Assembly: GCA_964344045.1 (NCBI GenBank)
Contig: CAYFLP010000002.1
Span: forward strand, 337 to 31,444
DNA from: an uncultured Bifidobacteriaceae bacterium
GTDB lineage: Bacteria; Actinomycetota; Actinomycetes; S36-B12
DNA: 31,108 nt
Direction: 5' to 3'
Of the stretch, positions 17,172 through 25,795 are shown one piece after another. Both the position numbers and the translations under genes were made by a program. The notes under the pieces are model-generated. The model ran no database searches, had not been told where the DNA came from, and worked only from the letters and a program-made list of their open reading frames with translations. Each line of letters opens with the position of its first letter. The first letter of the stretch is position 1.

Positions 17172-17345
17172 GTGGACCTGAAGGTGCCGGGCATCATCCT
17201 CTTGGTCACGGGCATCGTGGCCCTGATCATCTCGATGACGAAAGGACCCAACCTCGGCATATCCCGCCGAACGGGGGTCATCATCGGCGTCGTGCTGCTC
17301 GTTCTGGGCGTCGGCATGCTCGTCATCACTGCCACCTCGCAATAG
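17172..17345 (+). CDS. Small (57 aa) two-TM membrane protein
   Basis: -10 TATACT at 17123-17128, SD AGGAAGGA at 17158-17165, GTG at 17172; two hydrophobic helices separated by KGPNLGISRR. Confidence 0.7.
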   Translation: MDLKVPGIILLVTGIVALIISMTKGPNLGISRRTGVIIGVVLLVLGVGMLVITATSQ

Positions 17346-17395
17346 CGGCGCTGAGCTCGGACCGATCGCGCTGCGTGCGCGACGCCGACTTGGCG

Positions 17396-19066
17396 CTAGC
17401 TCCACATGGCATAGAGGCGATGGGAGTTGGCCGGGGCGGAAGCCCAGTCGGCGGGCAGCGGGCCGCCAGGTGCCAGGGTGGTTCCCGTCCCCGATCCACT
17501 CGTATTCCAGCCAGTGAGCTGGTGACCTGCTGGCGTGCACGGAGCCTTCTGCGGCGTGCGCGCGATGGAGAGGTCGGCTCGCGGAACCCACGCGGTCGAT
17601 GTCCGGCTGCCGTTGTCGGGGTCCGGCGTGCACGGATCGCCCGCCGCGACATTGGCGTCGTACGTCACCGTGAGCGTCTTCTCGTGCAGCACTGCAGTGA
17701 AGCGCTGTGAATCGACTACGGTGACGCCCTGGTTCGGGGCGAACGGATGCTCCGCGGAGCCACTGCCGGTGAAGCCCTCCGGCACGTCGATGGTCCAGCC
17801 GTCGATGGTTGCGTCGGCTGACGTGCGGCAGTCGGCATTGGCAGCGGGCAGGAGCACCTGCGTGCCCACGACGACGGTGGCGGGGCCTATAGCCCCGCAT
17901 TCGCGCCCGTCCGGCAATTGATAGGTGAACTGCGCGGTGCGTGGCTGCGGAGCCTGCGCTTGCGAAGTCTGATCGGCCTGCCAGGCGGCGACCCGGTTGA
18001 CGGTCGTACTGCCCGACATGGTGAATTCTCCGCCTGCGTACATCGTGCCGTTGGGTGAGAAGACGATGCTCCACACAGTCTCCTGGCCGCCTGACAGGCC
18101 ACTGCCGAGGGCCGACCAACTTGAACCATTCCACGCGGCGATGTGATTCGCCGCGACCCCGCCGGCCGTCGTGAAGTCGCCTCCGACATAGACCGTTCCG
18201 TCCGAGGCGATCCCGACGGATTCTGCGTCGTTGTCCAAGCCGGTTCCCAGTGCGCTCCACTCGGTGCCGTTCCACTTTGCTACGCCGCGGGTGTACGCGA
18301 CACCGTCCATGTCAGGGAAGTCTCCGGCGGCATAGAGGGTTCCGTCAGAGCCGACGGCCAACGAATAGGGACGTCCATGCGCGCCCGTGCCATCGACTCG
18401 TTCGAGTGCTGACCAGGTGGTGCCGTTCCACTTCGCAATGCCGTGGGCAGTGACCGCGCCGGCCGACGTGAAGTCGCCACCTGCGTACAAGGTCCCGTCC
18501 GGTGCGACCGCGAGGGACCAGACGCTGAAATTCGTGCCCGTGCCGAGAGCGGACCAGGACGAGCCATTCCACTTCGCCACGTGATTCGCTGCGCCTCCGC
18601 CTGCCGTCGTGAAGGCGCCGCCGGCGTAGACGGTTCCGTCAGGGGCAATCGCAATGGCCCAGATGACGCCGCCCGTCCCCGACCCGACGGTGGACCATGT
18701 CGAGCCGTTCCACTTGGCGATGTAGTTCGCAGGGGCACTGCCGGCCGAGGTGAAACTCCCGCCTGCGTACAAGGTGCCGTCCGGTGCGGTGGCGATGGTA
18801 TTGACCTGGAGGTTCGTGCCGGTGCCGAGGGCGGACCATGCCGAACCGTTCCACTTGGCGATATGGCTCGCCGACACGCCTCCGGCAGCGGTGAAATTCC
18901 CGCCCGCATAGAGCACGCCATTCGCAGGCGCCGACAGCCACAGCACATCGCCGCTCGTCCCCGTTCCTAGGCTCGACCAGGTGCCGGCAGCGGTGGCGGC
19001 CGTGGCGCTGAGGACGATCGTCGCGGCCGTCACGCCGAGAGTGAGCCAGGTGCGGCGGTTTCTCAT
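17396..19066 (-). CDS. Secreted 7-repeat beta-propeller protein with C-terminal InlB-B-repeat-like domains
   Basis: Seven approximately 47-aa repeats of (L/V/M)Y(A/V)(G/A)GxF...A(K/A)WNG..WS(A/T)LG. C-terminal TVTYDAN...LTGWNT...LYAMW. Start may be 19066 or 19105. Confidence 0.85.
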   Translation of the reverse strand: MRNRRTWLTLGVTAATIVLSATAATAAGTWSSLGTGTSGDVLWLSAPANGVLYAGGNFTAAGGVSASHIAKWNGSAWSALGTGTNLQVNTIATAPDGTLYAGGSFTSAGSAPANYIAKWNGSTWSTVGSGTGGVIWAIAIAPDGTVYAGGAFTTAGGGAANHVAKWNGSSWSALGTGTNFSVWSLAVAPDGTLYAGGDFTSAGAVTAHGIAKWNGTTWSALERVDGTGAHGRPYSLAVGSDGTLYAAGDFPDMDGVAYTRGVAKWNGTEWSALGTGLDNDAESVGIASDGTVYVGGDFTTAGGVAANHIAAWNGSSWSALGSGLSGGQETVWSIVFSPNGTMYAGGEFTMSGSTTVNRVAAWQADQTSQAQAPQPRTAQFTYQLPDGRECGAIGPATVVVGTQVLLPAANADCRTSADATIDGWTIDVPEGFTGSGSAEHPFAPNQGVTVVDSQRFTAVLHEKTLTVTYDANVAAGDPCTPDPDNGSRTSTAWVPRADLSIARTPQKAPCTPAGHQLTGWNTSGSGTGTTLAPGGPLPADWASAPANSHRLYAMWS

Positions 19067-19181
19067 GCGGGAACTCACATCCTGTTGGGTCGGCCCATGC
19101 GTCATGCGCCAGGCTTCGGCGGCGCCCAACACAGCCCTTATAGTCGCGGACAATGCATATCAAGAGAAGGAGCACACGCTG

Positions 19182-20570
19182 ATGGGAACCGCCGGCCGAC
19201 TGGCTCGTCGCACCTCCGCGGTCGCGGGGATCCTGACAGTCAGCAGCCTTGTCCTTGCCGGCTGCTCGTCGCCCGCGGCGGATTCGCGGGGGCTCGATGA
19301 TGCCGATTCTTCGCCCTTGACTTCGGCGAGTGCTCCGTCCGACTCTCCAGCAACTGCGGCGCCACCCGCATCGATGTCGGCCGCCCCTGGGGTGAGCGCT
19401 CTAGCGGCATTGCCAAGCGACGCGTCGGCACCCCCGCAGGATGCCCGCCTCGCCGCTCCGAAGGGCGACCCGTGGGTGGTGTCCGTCGGCGACTCCTACA
19501 TCTCCGGCGAGGCCGGCCGCTGGGCCGGAAACGAGTCGCTCACCACCAGCGACATCGATGCTCTCGGGCCCGCCGCCTATGCGGATGAGTCCGGCAGCGA
19601 GGCGATCGCGCGGTGTCACCGCTCGCGCAGTGCGGCCATCCATATCGGTGTCACGCCGTCGAAGAACCTCGCCTGCAGCGGTGCGACGACGAGCACGCAC
19701 TTCGAGGATGACGGCACCTTCAAGCCGGGTATCGACTTCTACAGCAGCAATGGCCGGCAGGGCCAGGCGCTCATGCTCCAGGACTTCGCGACCACTCACC
19801 GGGTCGCCATGGTCGCCATGTCGATCGGGGGCAATGACTTCAAGTTCGCGCCCATCATCGAAGAGTGCATCAAGGCCTACCTCAAGCCGTCCTTCTTCGG
19901 GTCGTACTGCCACGACGACAAGACAGTGGGCACCTACATCGACGATGCCGCCGCGAACCGCGTTCGCAGTGACGTGAGCCGGGCAATCCTGAACGTCGCC
20001 AAGGCCATGGAGAAGGCCGGCTACTCCGACTCCGAGTGGCGGTTGGTCATGCAGTTGTATCCCGACGCCATCGCGCGCCCGGAGCAGATGCGCTACCCGG
20101 AATCGGGCTATGACCGCCAGCTGGTCGGCGGATGCGGCTTCCGCGACGACGACAGTGCCTGGGCACTCGACACGGTAATACCCCTGATCAATCGGACGAT
20201 CCTCGAAGCCGAGGTCGAGGCGCACGACCAGCGCCCGTCACTGCAGATGTCGACGATGACCACCCATGGTGCCTTCGCGCGCCACGCCCTGTGCGACAGG
20301 TCCGTCAGCCGGGTAGGCGCACGCGGGGGTGCGAACACCTGGCAAGACTCGGATGCGGTCGACAAGAGCGAGTGGGTCATGGAGATCAACATGGTCAACC
20401 CCTTCGACACCTACCAGCAGGAGTCGGTTCACCCGAACTACTGGGGCCAGCTGGCCCTGCGCTCGTGCTGGCGGCAGGCCTGGAACAACGGCCAGCCGCA
20501 TGGTGGTGCCTGCGAGGTGGGCGGTTCGGGCCTCAGCCAGTACGGCGAGCCGGTCATGGTGCTCAAGTAG
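19182..20570 (+). CDS. SGNH/GDSL hydrolase family lipoprotein
   Basis: Lipobox LAGC; blocks GDSY, ACSGA, IGGND, ESVHPN; SD AGAAGGAG. Confidence 0.85.
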   Translation: MGTAGRLARRTSAVAGILTVSSLVLAGCSSPAADSRGLDDADSSPLTSASAPSDSPATAAPPASMSAAPGVSALAALPSDASAPPQDARLAAPKGDPWVVSVGDSYISGEAGRWAGNESLTTSDIDALGPAAYADESGSEAIARCHRSRSAAIHIGVTPSKNLACSGATTSTHFEDDGTFKPGIDFYSSNGRQGQALMLQDFATTHRVAMVAMSIGGNDFKFAPIIEECIKAYLKPSFFGSYCHDDKTVGTYIDDAAANRVRSDVSRAILNVAKAMEKAGYSDSEWRLVMQLYPDAIARPEQMRYPESGYDRQLVGGCGFRDDDSAWALDTVIPLINRTILEAEVEAHDQRPSLQMSTMTTHGAFARHALCDRSVSRVGARGGANTWQDSDAVDKSEWVMEINMVNPFDTYQQESVHPNYWGQLALRSCWRQAWNNGQPHGGACEVGGSGLSQYGEPVMVLK

Positions 20571-20602
20571 GCGACACGGTCGAGCAGGTCGGAGTGCTCG
20601 GG

Positions 20603-21694
20603 CTAGCGTGACGTCGTGGATCCGTGCGAATCCTCGATGGTCGCCAAGAGCCGGTGCAGTGAGACGGCATCGTCGAACGTGGGGACTGGATCGTCGGCGG
20701 CCGGAGCCTGGGCATAGCGGAGGTATGCCTCCGCGACGTTCACGGCCACTCCGGTGACCTGCGGGGGAGTGCGTCGGTAGGAGTTCGGGATCTCGAGGGC
20801 CTCCAGGCCGGAGGCATCGCCCCGGGCTCCGCGCACACTGAGGTCGGTTGCCTGGATATGGCCGGATGCGCCAGTGATCACCAGGTCGCCCTCGGTGCCG
20901 TTGATCTCCCAGCGCAGGTTCGTGCCCCGGCAGGTGCCGCCGCGGTAGTGAGCCGAGACCACGGCACCGCTGGTGAGGATTCCGGTCACCGCAACCTGAT
21001 CGGCGATGTCCCGCGAGCGCACCTCGCTGGTCTCTGCGACAACGTAGGTGGGCCGCCGCGTGGCGAGGGTCGACGAGACCTCGGTGAAGTCGCCGAGCAC
21101 CCAGCGGAGGGCATCGATCGCATGGCCGAACGGGATCGTCAGGACGTTCGCGCCGTTCGCGTGTTCGTTGAGATAGATGAGTGACTCCCGTTCGACTGCG
21201 CCCATGCTGCCGCTGGAGCCGACCAGGGTGGTCGACAGCACCTCGCCGACGAAGCCGTCTCGCACCAGGTCGCGCACGTATCGGATGGTGGGGGACGAGC
21301 GGGCCTGCAGCCCGACGGCAGTGCGCACGCCGCGCGTTCGCGCATCATCTGCCATGGCGACCGCCTCGTGGAGGTTTCTCCCGAGCGGCCACTCGCAGTA
21401 GGTCGGCTTCCCGGCCGCGAGGGCTGCCGACACGATCTCGCGATGGTGGGGCACCTTGACCGTCACCGCGACCAGGTCGACTCCAGGATCTACGGCCAGC
21501 TCGGCAGCCGTGCCGAAGGCGCCCTTGATCCCGTAGGCCTCCGCTGCTCGGCTGGCCGACTGCATGCTCGAGTTCGCGACCGCGGAGACCTCATACTCAG
21601 GCAGGGCCTGGAGGGCGGGCACGTGCGCACGCGCAGCCCAGCTGCCAGGGGGAGTCAGGCCGACGATGCCAACGCGGATCGGCTGCGGATGCAT
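20603..21694 (-). CDS. Gfo/Idh/MocA family oxidoreductase
   Basis: IRVGIVG, DLVAVTVKVPHH, GKPTYCEWPLG, IPFGHAID; TAGGTT 6 nt before the ATG. Confidence 0.93.
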   Translation of the reverse strand: MHPQPIRVGIVGLTPPGSWAARAHVPALQALPEYEVSAVANSSMQSASRAAEAYGIKGAFGTAAELAVDPGVDLVAVTVKVPHHREIVSAALAAGKPTYCEWPLGRNLHEAVAMADDARTRGVRTAVGLQARSSPTIRYVRDLVRDGFVGEVLSTTLVGSSGSMGAVERESLIYLNEHANGANVLTIPFGHAIDALRWVLGDFTEVSSTLATRRPTYVVAETSEVRSRDIADQVAVTGILTSGAVVSAHYRGGTCRGTNLRWEINGTEGDLVITGASGHIQATDLSVRGARGDASGLEALEIPNSYRRTPPQVTGVAVNVAEAYLRYAQAPAADDPVPTFDDAVSLHRLLATIEDSHGSTTSR

Positions 21695-21719
21695 GGGGCG
21701 AACCTAGCGCGGCGGGCGA

Positions 21720-22262
21720 TCAGCGTTCAAAGACCTGGAGAGCCGCAAGGCCATTGCCTGATGCAGCAGTCATGTCGATCGCCACGGTGCTCGTCACCGG
21801 CAGAGCCCATCTGTAGCAGGCCGGTGCCCTGCCAACAATGGCTTGAGAGCCGCTCTGGCCGTCTATCGCGAGGACTACCCGTGCATCCGCCTGGGAATGG
21901 AACACGACGTCGAGCTCGGTGATCGTGGGCGCGCCTATGCCGATTGCGGTGTAGCACTTCCCTGGCTGCACCGAGACGACCACTTCCAGTGTGTCACCGC
22001 CAGCGAAACTGGCTACCGCGAGCGGCCCCAGTGGCTTCGCCCCAGGTGCATGTGCTTTGGCAAGTAGGTTGATGGTGGGCTCGAGTGCCGAGGCCGCGGT
22101 GGCATCCAGCTGCCGTGCGGGGCGCTCCTGTGGCGGGGGCATCGGCAGGGGCGTCGGCGTGAGCGCCTCGAGACCTCGTGCCCCGGCGACCGGGGCCTGG
22201 GAGCAGCCTGCGAGTGCGAGTGCGAGCACGAGACAGCCTGCAGCGCATCGTGGAATCTGCAT
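21720..22262 (-). CDS. Hypothetical lipoprotein with QPGKCYT..IG...ITELD beta-sandwich domain
   Basis: SD GGAAGGAG 5 nt before ATG 22262; lipobox LALAGC; Pro-rich linker; Cys pair (KCY, ACY). Confidence 0.75.
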   Translation of the reverse strand: MQIPRCAAGCLVLALALAGCSQAPVAGARGLEALTPTPLPMPPPQERPARQLDATAASALEPTINLLAKAHAPGAKPLGPLAVASFAGGDTLEVVVSVQPGKCYTAIGIGAPTITELDVVFHSQADARVVLAIDGQSGSQAIVGRAPACYRWALPVTSTVAIDMTAASGNGLAALQVFER

Positions 22263-22437
22263 GTGCGCTCCTTCCCGTGAAGTCGCGTCGGCAGAGGGCT
22301 TCGAGTTGACTGTAGGCCTGCTGCAGCATCGATGCGACTCGACGGGGCGCCGAGCATCACTGGCGGATGCCAGGATCTGCCTTCGCCAGGTCGGCGGGAA
22401 TAGCCTGGACAAAGGTGCATGAAGGGCGGGAAGGAAC

Positions 22438-23844
22438 ATGAGGCGCGTACTGATGGTCGCTGCCGCGGTGGCGTGCGCACTCAGTGCCAGTCAGCCGGCA
22501 TTGGCGAGTGAACATTCCTTGGATTACGAACGTGCCTACGCCATCGGCCTCGAGGCCTACGTCTACGGACTCCCGCTGCTCACCACCAACCAGACCTTCC
22601 TGAGCATGACCAGCACGAATGTCTCGCAGGGGGCCTTCGGACCGGCAAACCAGTTCAACAGCGTGCGCGGCACGAACACAGCCAGCAGCACAGCCGTCGT
22701 CGCTCCCGGGGCAACTGGCCTTTCGTCCATTGCCTGGCTGGACTTGAGCGATGGACCGCAAGTCGTGCACGTGCCCGAGGTCACGGGCCATTCCTTCGTC
22801 CTGGCCTTCATCGACCCATACACGACGAACCTGGTCAACCTGGGCTCGGCATCCAAGACCCCACCCGGCTTCTATGTCGTCCGAGACCCTGCACAACGCG
22901 AGATCGCGGTGCCGCCCGGCACCACCGCGATCGACGTCGATTACAGCCGCATCTGGGTCATCGGATCCACGCAGCTCAAGGGGCCTGCGGACATCCCTGC
23001 CGTGAACGCTATCCAGGACGGCTACACCGTTACCTCGCTGGCGGACTTCACTGCAGGCATCACGGCTTCGCCCCCAGCCACGCCGCAGCCGGCCATTACC
23101 GACTACCCGCTGCCCGACGGCCTGGCCTACTTCGATGCCCTCGGCCAGTTGCTGCAGGAGTTCCCGCCGCCGCAGCGCGATGCGCCGATCCTGCGTCGCA
23201 TGGCTTCCGTGGGCATCGGCCCCGGCCTGAGCCCGTCGACCGACGACCAATTGGCCTCCCAGGCCCTGCAAGGGCTCGCGGATGCCGTCGCCGACGGGCC
23301 GGCCGCGGTGCAGAAGCAGGTGAAGGCCCTGTATGCCGCTGACTTCGGAAGGCACGATGGCTACCTGCTCGGCGGGTTCGGCAGGTACGGGACCGATTAC
23401 GCCAAGCGCGCGGTGATCTCGCAGGTCGGGCTCGGCGCCTTCATGTCCACGCAGGCGATGTATGCCATGGCATGGTCGGACGCCGGCAAGGAGCCGCTGA
23501 GCGGCTCGTCGCGCTACGTTCTCCACCTGCCGAAGGCGCCGCCTACGCACGAGGGCTGGTCGCTCACTGTCTACTCGCTGCAGGGCACGCTGATCGCGAA
23601 TGCGGCCGACCGCTATGCGTTCACGAACTCCTCGCCGTTGCACCGCAATGCCGATGGCTCCATCGACATCTACGTGCAGGCGCAGCAGCCGCGGCACGCC
23701 GCCCGCCAGCGCAACTGGCTCCCCGTGGCCGCCGGCCAGGGCTTCGAAGTCACCTGGCGGCTGTTCGCGCCGCGGGCATCGCGCATCGCGGGCATCCTCG
23801 ATGGCACCGGCTGGCAGCCGCCGCAGATCACCAAAGTCGGCTGA
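22438..23844 (+). CDS. Secreted DUF1254/DUF1214 domain protein
   Basis: EAYVYGLPL, WLDLSDGP, FGRYGTDYAKRA, WSLTVY, NADGSIDIYV, NWLP, TWRLFAP; signal peptide; SD GGAAGGA. Confidence 0.92.
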   Translation: MRRVLMVAAAVACALSASQPALASEHSLDYERAYAIGLEAYVYGLPLLTTNQTFLSMTSTNVSQGAFGPANQFNSVRGTNTASSTAVVAPGATGLSSIAWLDLSDGPQVVHVPEVTGHSFVLAFIDPYTTNLVNLGSASKTPPGFYVVRDPAQREIAVPPGTTAIDVDYSRIWVIGSTQLKGPADIPAVNAIQDGYTVTSLADFTAGITASPPATPQPAITDYPLPDGLAYFDALGQLLQEFPPPQRDAPILRRMASVGIGPGLSPSTDDQLASQALQGLADAVADGPAAVQKQVKALYAADFGRHDGYLLGGFGRYGTDYAKRAVISQVGLGAFMSTQAMYAMAWSDAGKEPLSGSSRYVLHLPKAPPTHEGWSLTVYSLQGTLIANAADRYAFTNSSPLHRNADGSIDIYVQAQQPRHAARQRNWLPVAAGQGFEVTWRLFAPRASRIAGILDGTGWQPPQITKVG

Positions 23845-23872
23845 GCGCCGTCACGCCATCCGTGCAGTCACG

Positions 23873-24865
23873 TCATCCGCGCACTCGGCGCCAGCGCGGC
23901 CCGGCTGCCGTCCTCGCGCAGACCAGGCGCCCGCTCGATGCGGACTTGGCCACGCTGCCCAACTGGGCTCGGGTGCATGCGGCGCCAGCGCGCGCAGTCG
24001 GGCGGCCCGTGGGCCGGGCGTTCGCGCTGCCTGCTGTCGAGGCTCCTGTCGCCGCGGGTTCGGATGCGGCAGGTGTCGCAGGCGCGGCCCCGACGGCAGG
24101 GCTCAGGTCGAGGTTGAGCGAGTCGAAGTAGGCGATCCGGTTGCCGATCTGGGCCCGGATGGCCGGCCCGTACGACTTCGCGAAGTCGCTCTCGGGATCG
24201 ATCTTCAGTGCCAGGTAGGGCAGGAACGACTCGGCGACGTCCTCGCGGTCGGGATTGTCGCGTGCGTAGGTGGAGATGAAGCCCGGGTCCGATGCGACGG
24301 CCGTGCGCCAGCCGGCGAGCGGGACTGCGCCATCCCAGTTCGGGTCCAGCGACGTATGGGCGCACTCGTGGGCGAGCACTTCCTCCATGAAGGCGCGGTT
24401 CTTCTCGCCGTAGCCCGTATGGATCAGCAGGGATCGATTGCCGCCGCCGGCGTCCAGGTCGCCGGGGTGCAGCCAGACGGCGTCGACCTGGGTGAGGCAC
24501 GCGCGAGGGAGGCGTCCGATGATGCGCGCATACGTGTCGGCCTGGCTGCGCGCTGCGTCGGCCGGTCCCAGCTCGGGATCGACGATCATCTCTATCGGGT
24601 GCGAGCCGGCGAAGTCGGCACGGAAGAGATAGGCGTTCTGGTCCACCCAGCCGGTTCGGCGGTCATAGGTGTGCCGGGTGCCCGTGCCCTGGTCCGTCAC
24701 GCCCTCGTAGGCGTTGGGGCTCGCTTCGGTGATGATGCTCGGAGTCAGCCACACGGTGCCGGCATAGAGCGGCGCGGTGTCGGCCGAGGCGAGAGGAGCT
24801 GCCATGCCGGCCGCCGCACAGGCGAGGATGACGCCGCCGACAACGGCAGTGAGGCGAATGCGCAT
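23873..24865 (-). CDS. Secreted putative zinc metallopeptidase (HExxH) with small Cys-pair C-terminal domain
   Basis: EEVLAHECAH followed by ISTYARDNPDREDVAESF; signal peptide; SD GGGAGG before ATG 24865. Confidence 0.72.
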   Translation of the reverse strand: MRIRLTAVVGGVILACAAAGMAAPLASADTAPLYAGTVWLTPSIITEASPNAYEGVTDQGTGTRHTYDRRTGWVDQNAYLFRADFAGSHPIEMIVDPELGPADAARSQADTYARIIGRLPRACLTQVDAVWLHPGDLDAGGGNRSLLIHTGYGEKNRAFMEEVLAHECAHTSLDPNWDGAVPLAGWRTAVASDPGFISTYARDNPDREDVAESFLPYLALKIDPESDFAKSYGPAIRAQIGNRIAYFDSLNLDLSPAVGAAPATPAASEPAATGASTAGSANARPTGRPTARAGAACTRAQLGSVAKSASSGRLVCARTAAGPRWRRVRG

Positions 24866-24900
24866 GCTGCCCCCTCCCATTGCGAGCCTTCGGCCGAACG

Positions 24901-25431
24901 CTAGCCCAGCGACCAGTGCGCGACGCGGTGATAGCGCAGGTCGCCCGTGCGCCTGCTTTCCATGAGGACTAGCTCGCTCGGTACCCACGAGGAGGTACTG
25001 CGGCCGAGCAACTGGCTCACGAGCGCGCTCAGGTCGCGTGGCCTGTTGGACCGGGCGATGGTCAGGTGCGGGCGGAATCGGCGATGGGGCAGGTCGAGAC
25101 CAGCCCGCTGGCCCGCCCGGTTCGATCGGCGGGCGAGCTCGCCGAGGCCCTCCGTGTCGCCCGAAACCTCGAGCACGAGTGCCTTGCCATGGAACTCCGT
25201 CCCGTTTGCCAGGCGCAGCGCGTCGAGCGGGCTGCGTTCGGCCGCCCAGCCGAGCTCCTCAAGCAGCGTGCCGGACGCTGCGGAGTCGACCTCGCCGAAG
25301 AACGACGTGGTGATGTGCCAGTCCTCGCGCGGCATCCATCTCACCCGCGTGTCCCTGCGCAGCGGCGCAACGATGCTCTCGACCTGGTCGAGCACGTCGG
25401 CGGGCGGCACGAGCGCGGAGAACAGGCGCAT
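24901..25431 (-). CDS. thpR: RNA 2',3'-cyclic phosphodiesterase (2H phosphoesterase)
   Basis: MRLFSAL, two HxT motifs (WHITTSF, PHLTIAR), LVLMESR. Confidence 0.92.
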   Translation of the reverse strand: MRLFSALVPPADVLDQVESIVAPLRRDTRVRWMPREDWHITTSFFGEVDSAASGTLLEELGWAAERSPLDALRLANGTEFHGKALVLEVSGDTEGLGELARRSNRAGQRAGLDLPHRRFRPHLTIARSNRPRDLSALVSQLLGRSTSSWVPSELVLMESRRTGDLRYHRVAHWSLG

Positions 25432-25473
25432 GATCACACGGCAGGCAGTGGCCGTGGCGGGACGGCCGGGGTC

Positions 25474-25764
25474 CTACAGCTCGTAGTGGACGTAGGTGCC
25501 CGGGCCGTCGGTGTGCTGGCCCATCAGGTCGATCCACGCCTGCAGCCCAGGGGAGTTGAAGAACTTCACCTTGTGGTGCTCGACGGACTCCCAGTGCACG
25601 ATGAACATGAACTGCTGCGGGTTCTCGATGCCCCAGCCATGCGGGGTGTAGTCGATGAAGCCCTCGGCAGCGCCGATGATGTCCGCCGCCGCGATGGCCA
25701 TGTCGCGTTCGAAGTCTTCCTTGTGGCCGGGGAGTACGTCGACGAGTCCGAGTTCGGTAACCAT
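25474..25764 (-). CDS. Antibiotic biosynthesis monooxygenase (ABM) family protein
   Basis: 96 aa; GIENPQQFMFIVHWESVEHHKVKFFNS fits the ABM W.S.E.H...F..S pattern; TAGCGT 6 nt before the ATG. Confidence 0.85.
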   Translation of the reverse strand: MVTELGLVDVLPGHKEDFERDMAIAAADIIGAAEGFIDYTPHGWGIENPQQFMFIVHWESVEHHKVKFFNSPGLQAWIDLMGQHTDGPGTYVHYEL

Positions 25765-25795
25765 GCCCTCACGCTAGCGGCCGGCGGCCGCTCCG

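Noticed and set aside
18000-18980. Recurrent CCGTTCCACTT-like DNA repeats
   Set aside because: Fully explained by the KWNG protein repeats of the beta-propeller.
20581-20600. CGAGCA/TGCTCG hairpin between the convergent SGNH and oxidoreductase genes
   Set aside because: Only a 6-bp stem; it may be a weak bidirectional terminator but is too short to call.
22273-22282. TCCCGTGAAG, identical to the left arm of the tadC-flp palindrome, upstream of the lipoprotein gene
   Set aside because: Only 10 bp, the right arm is missing, and it abuts the SD complement; a chance match is plausible in 31 kb of GC-rich DNA.
22263-22437. Riboswitch or sRNA in the 175-bp divergent intergenic region
   Set aside because: No recognisable aptamer consensus or terminator; the length is explained by two promoters.
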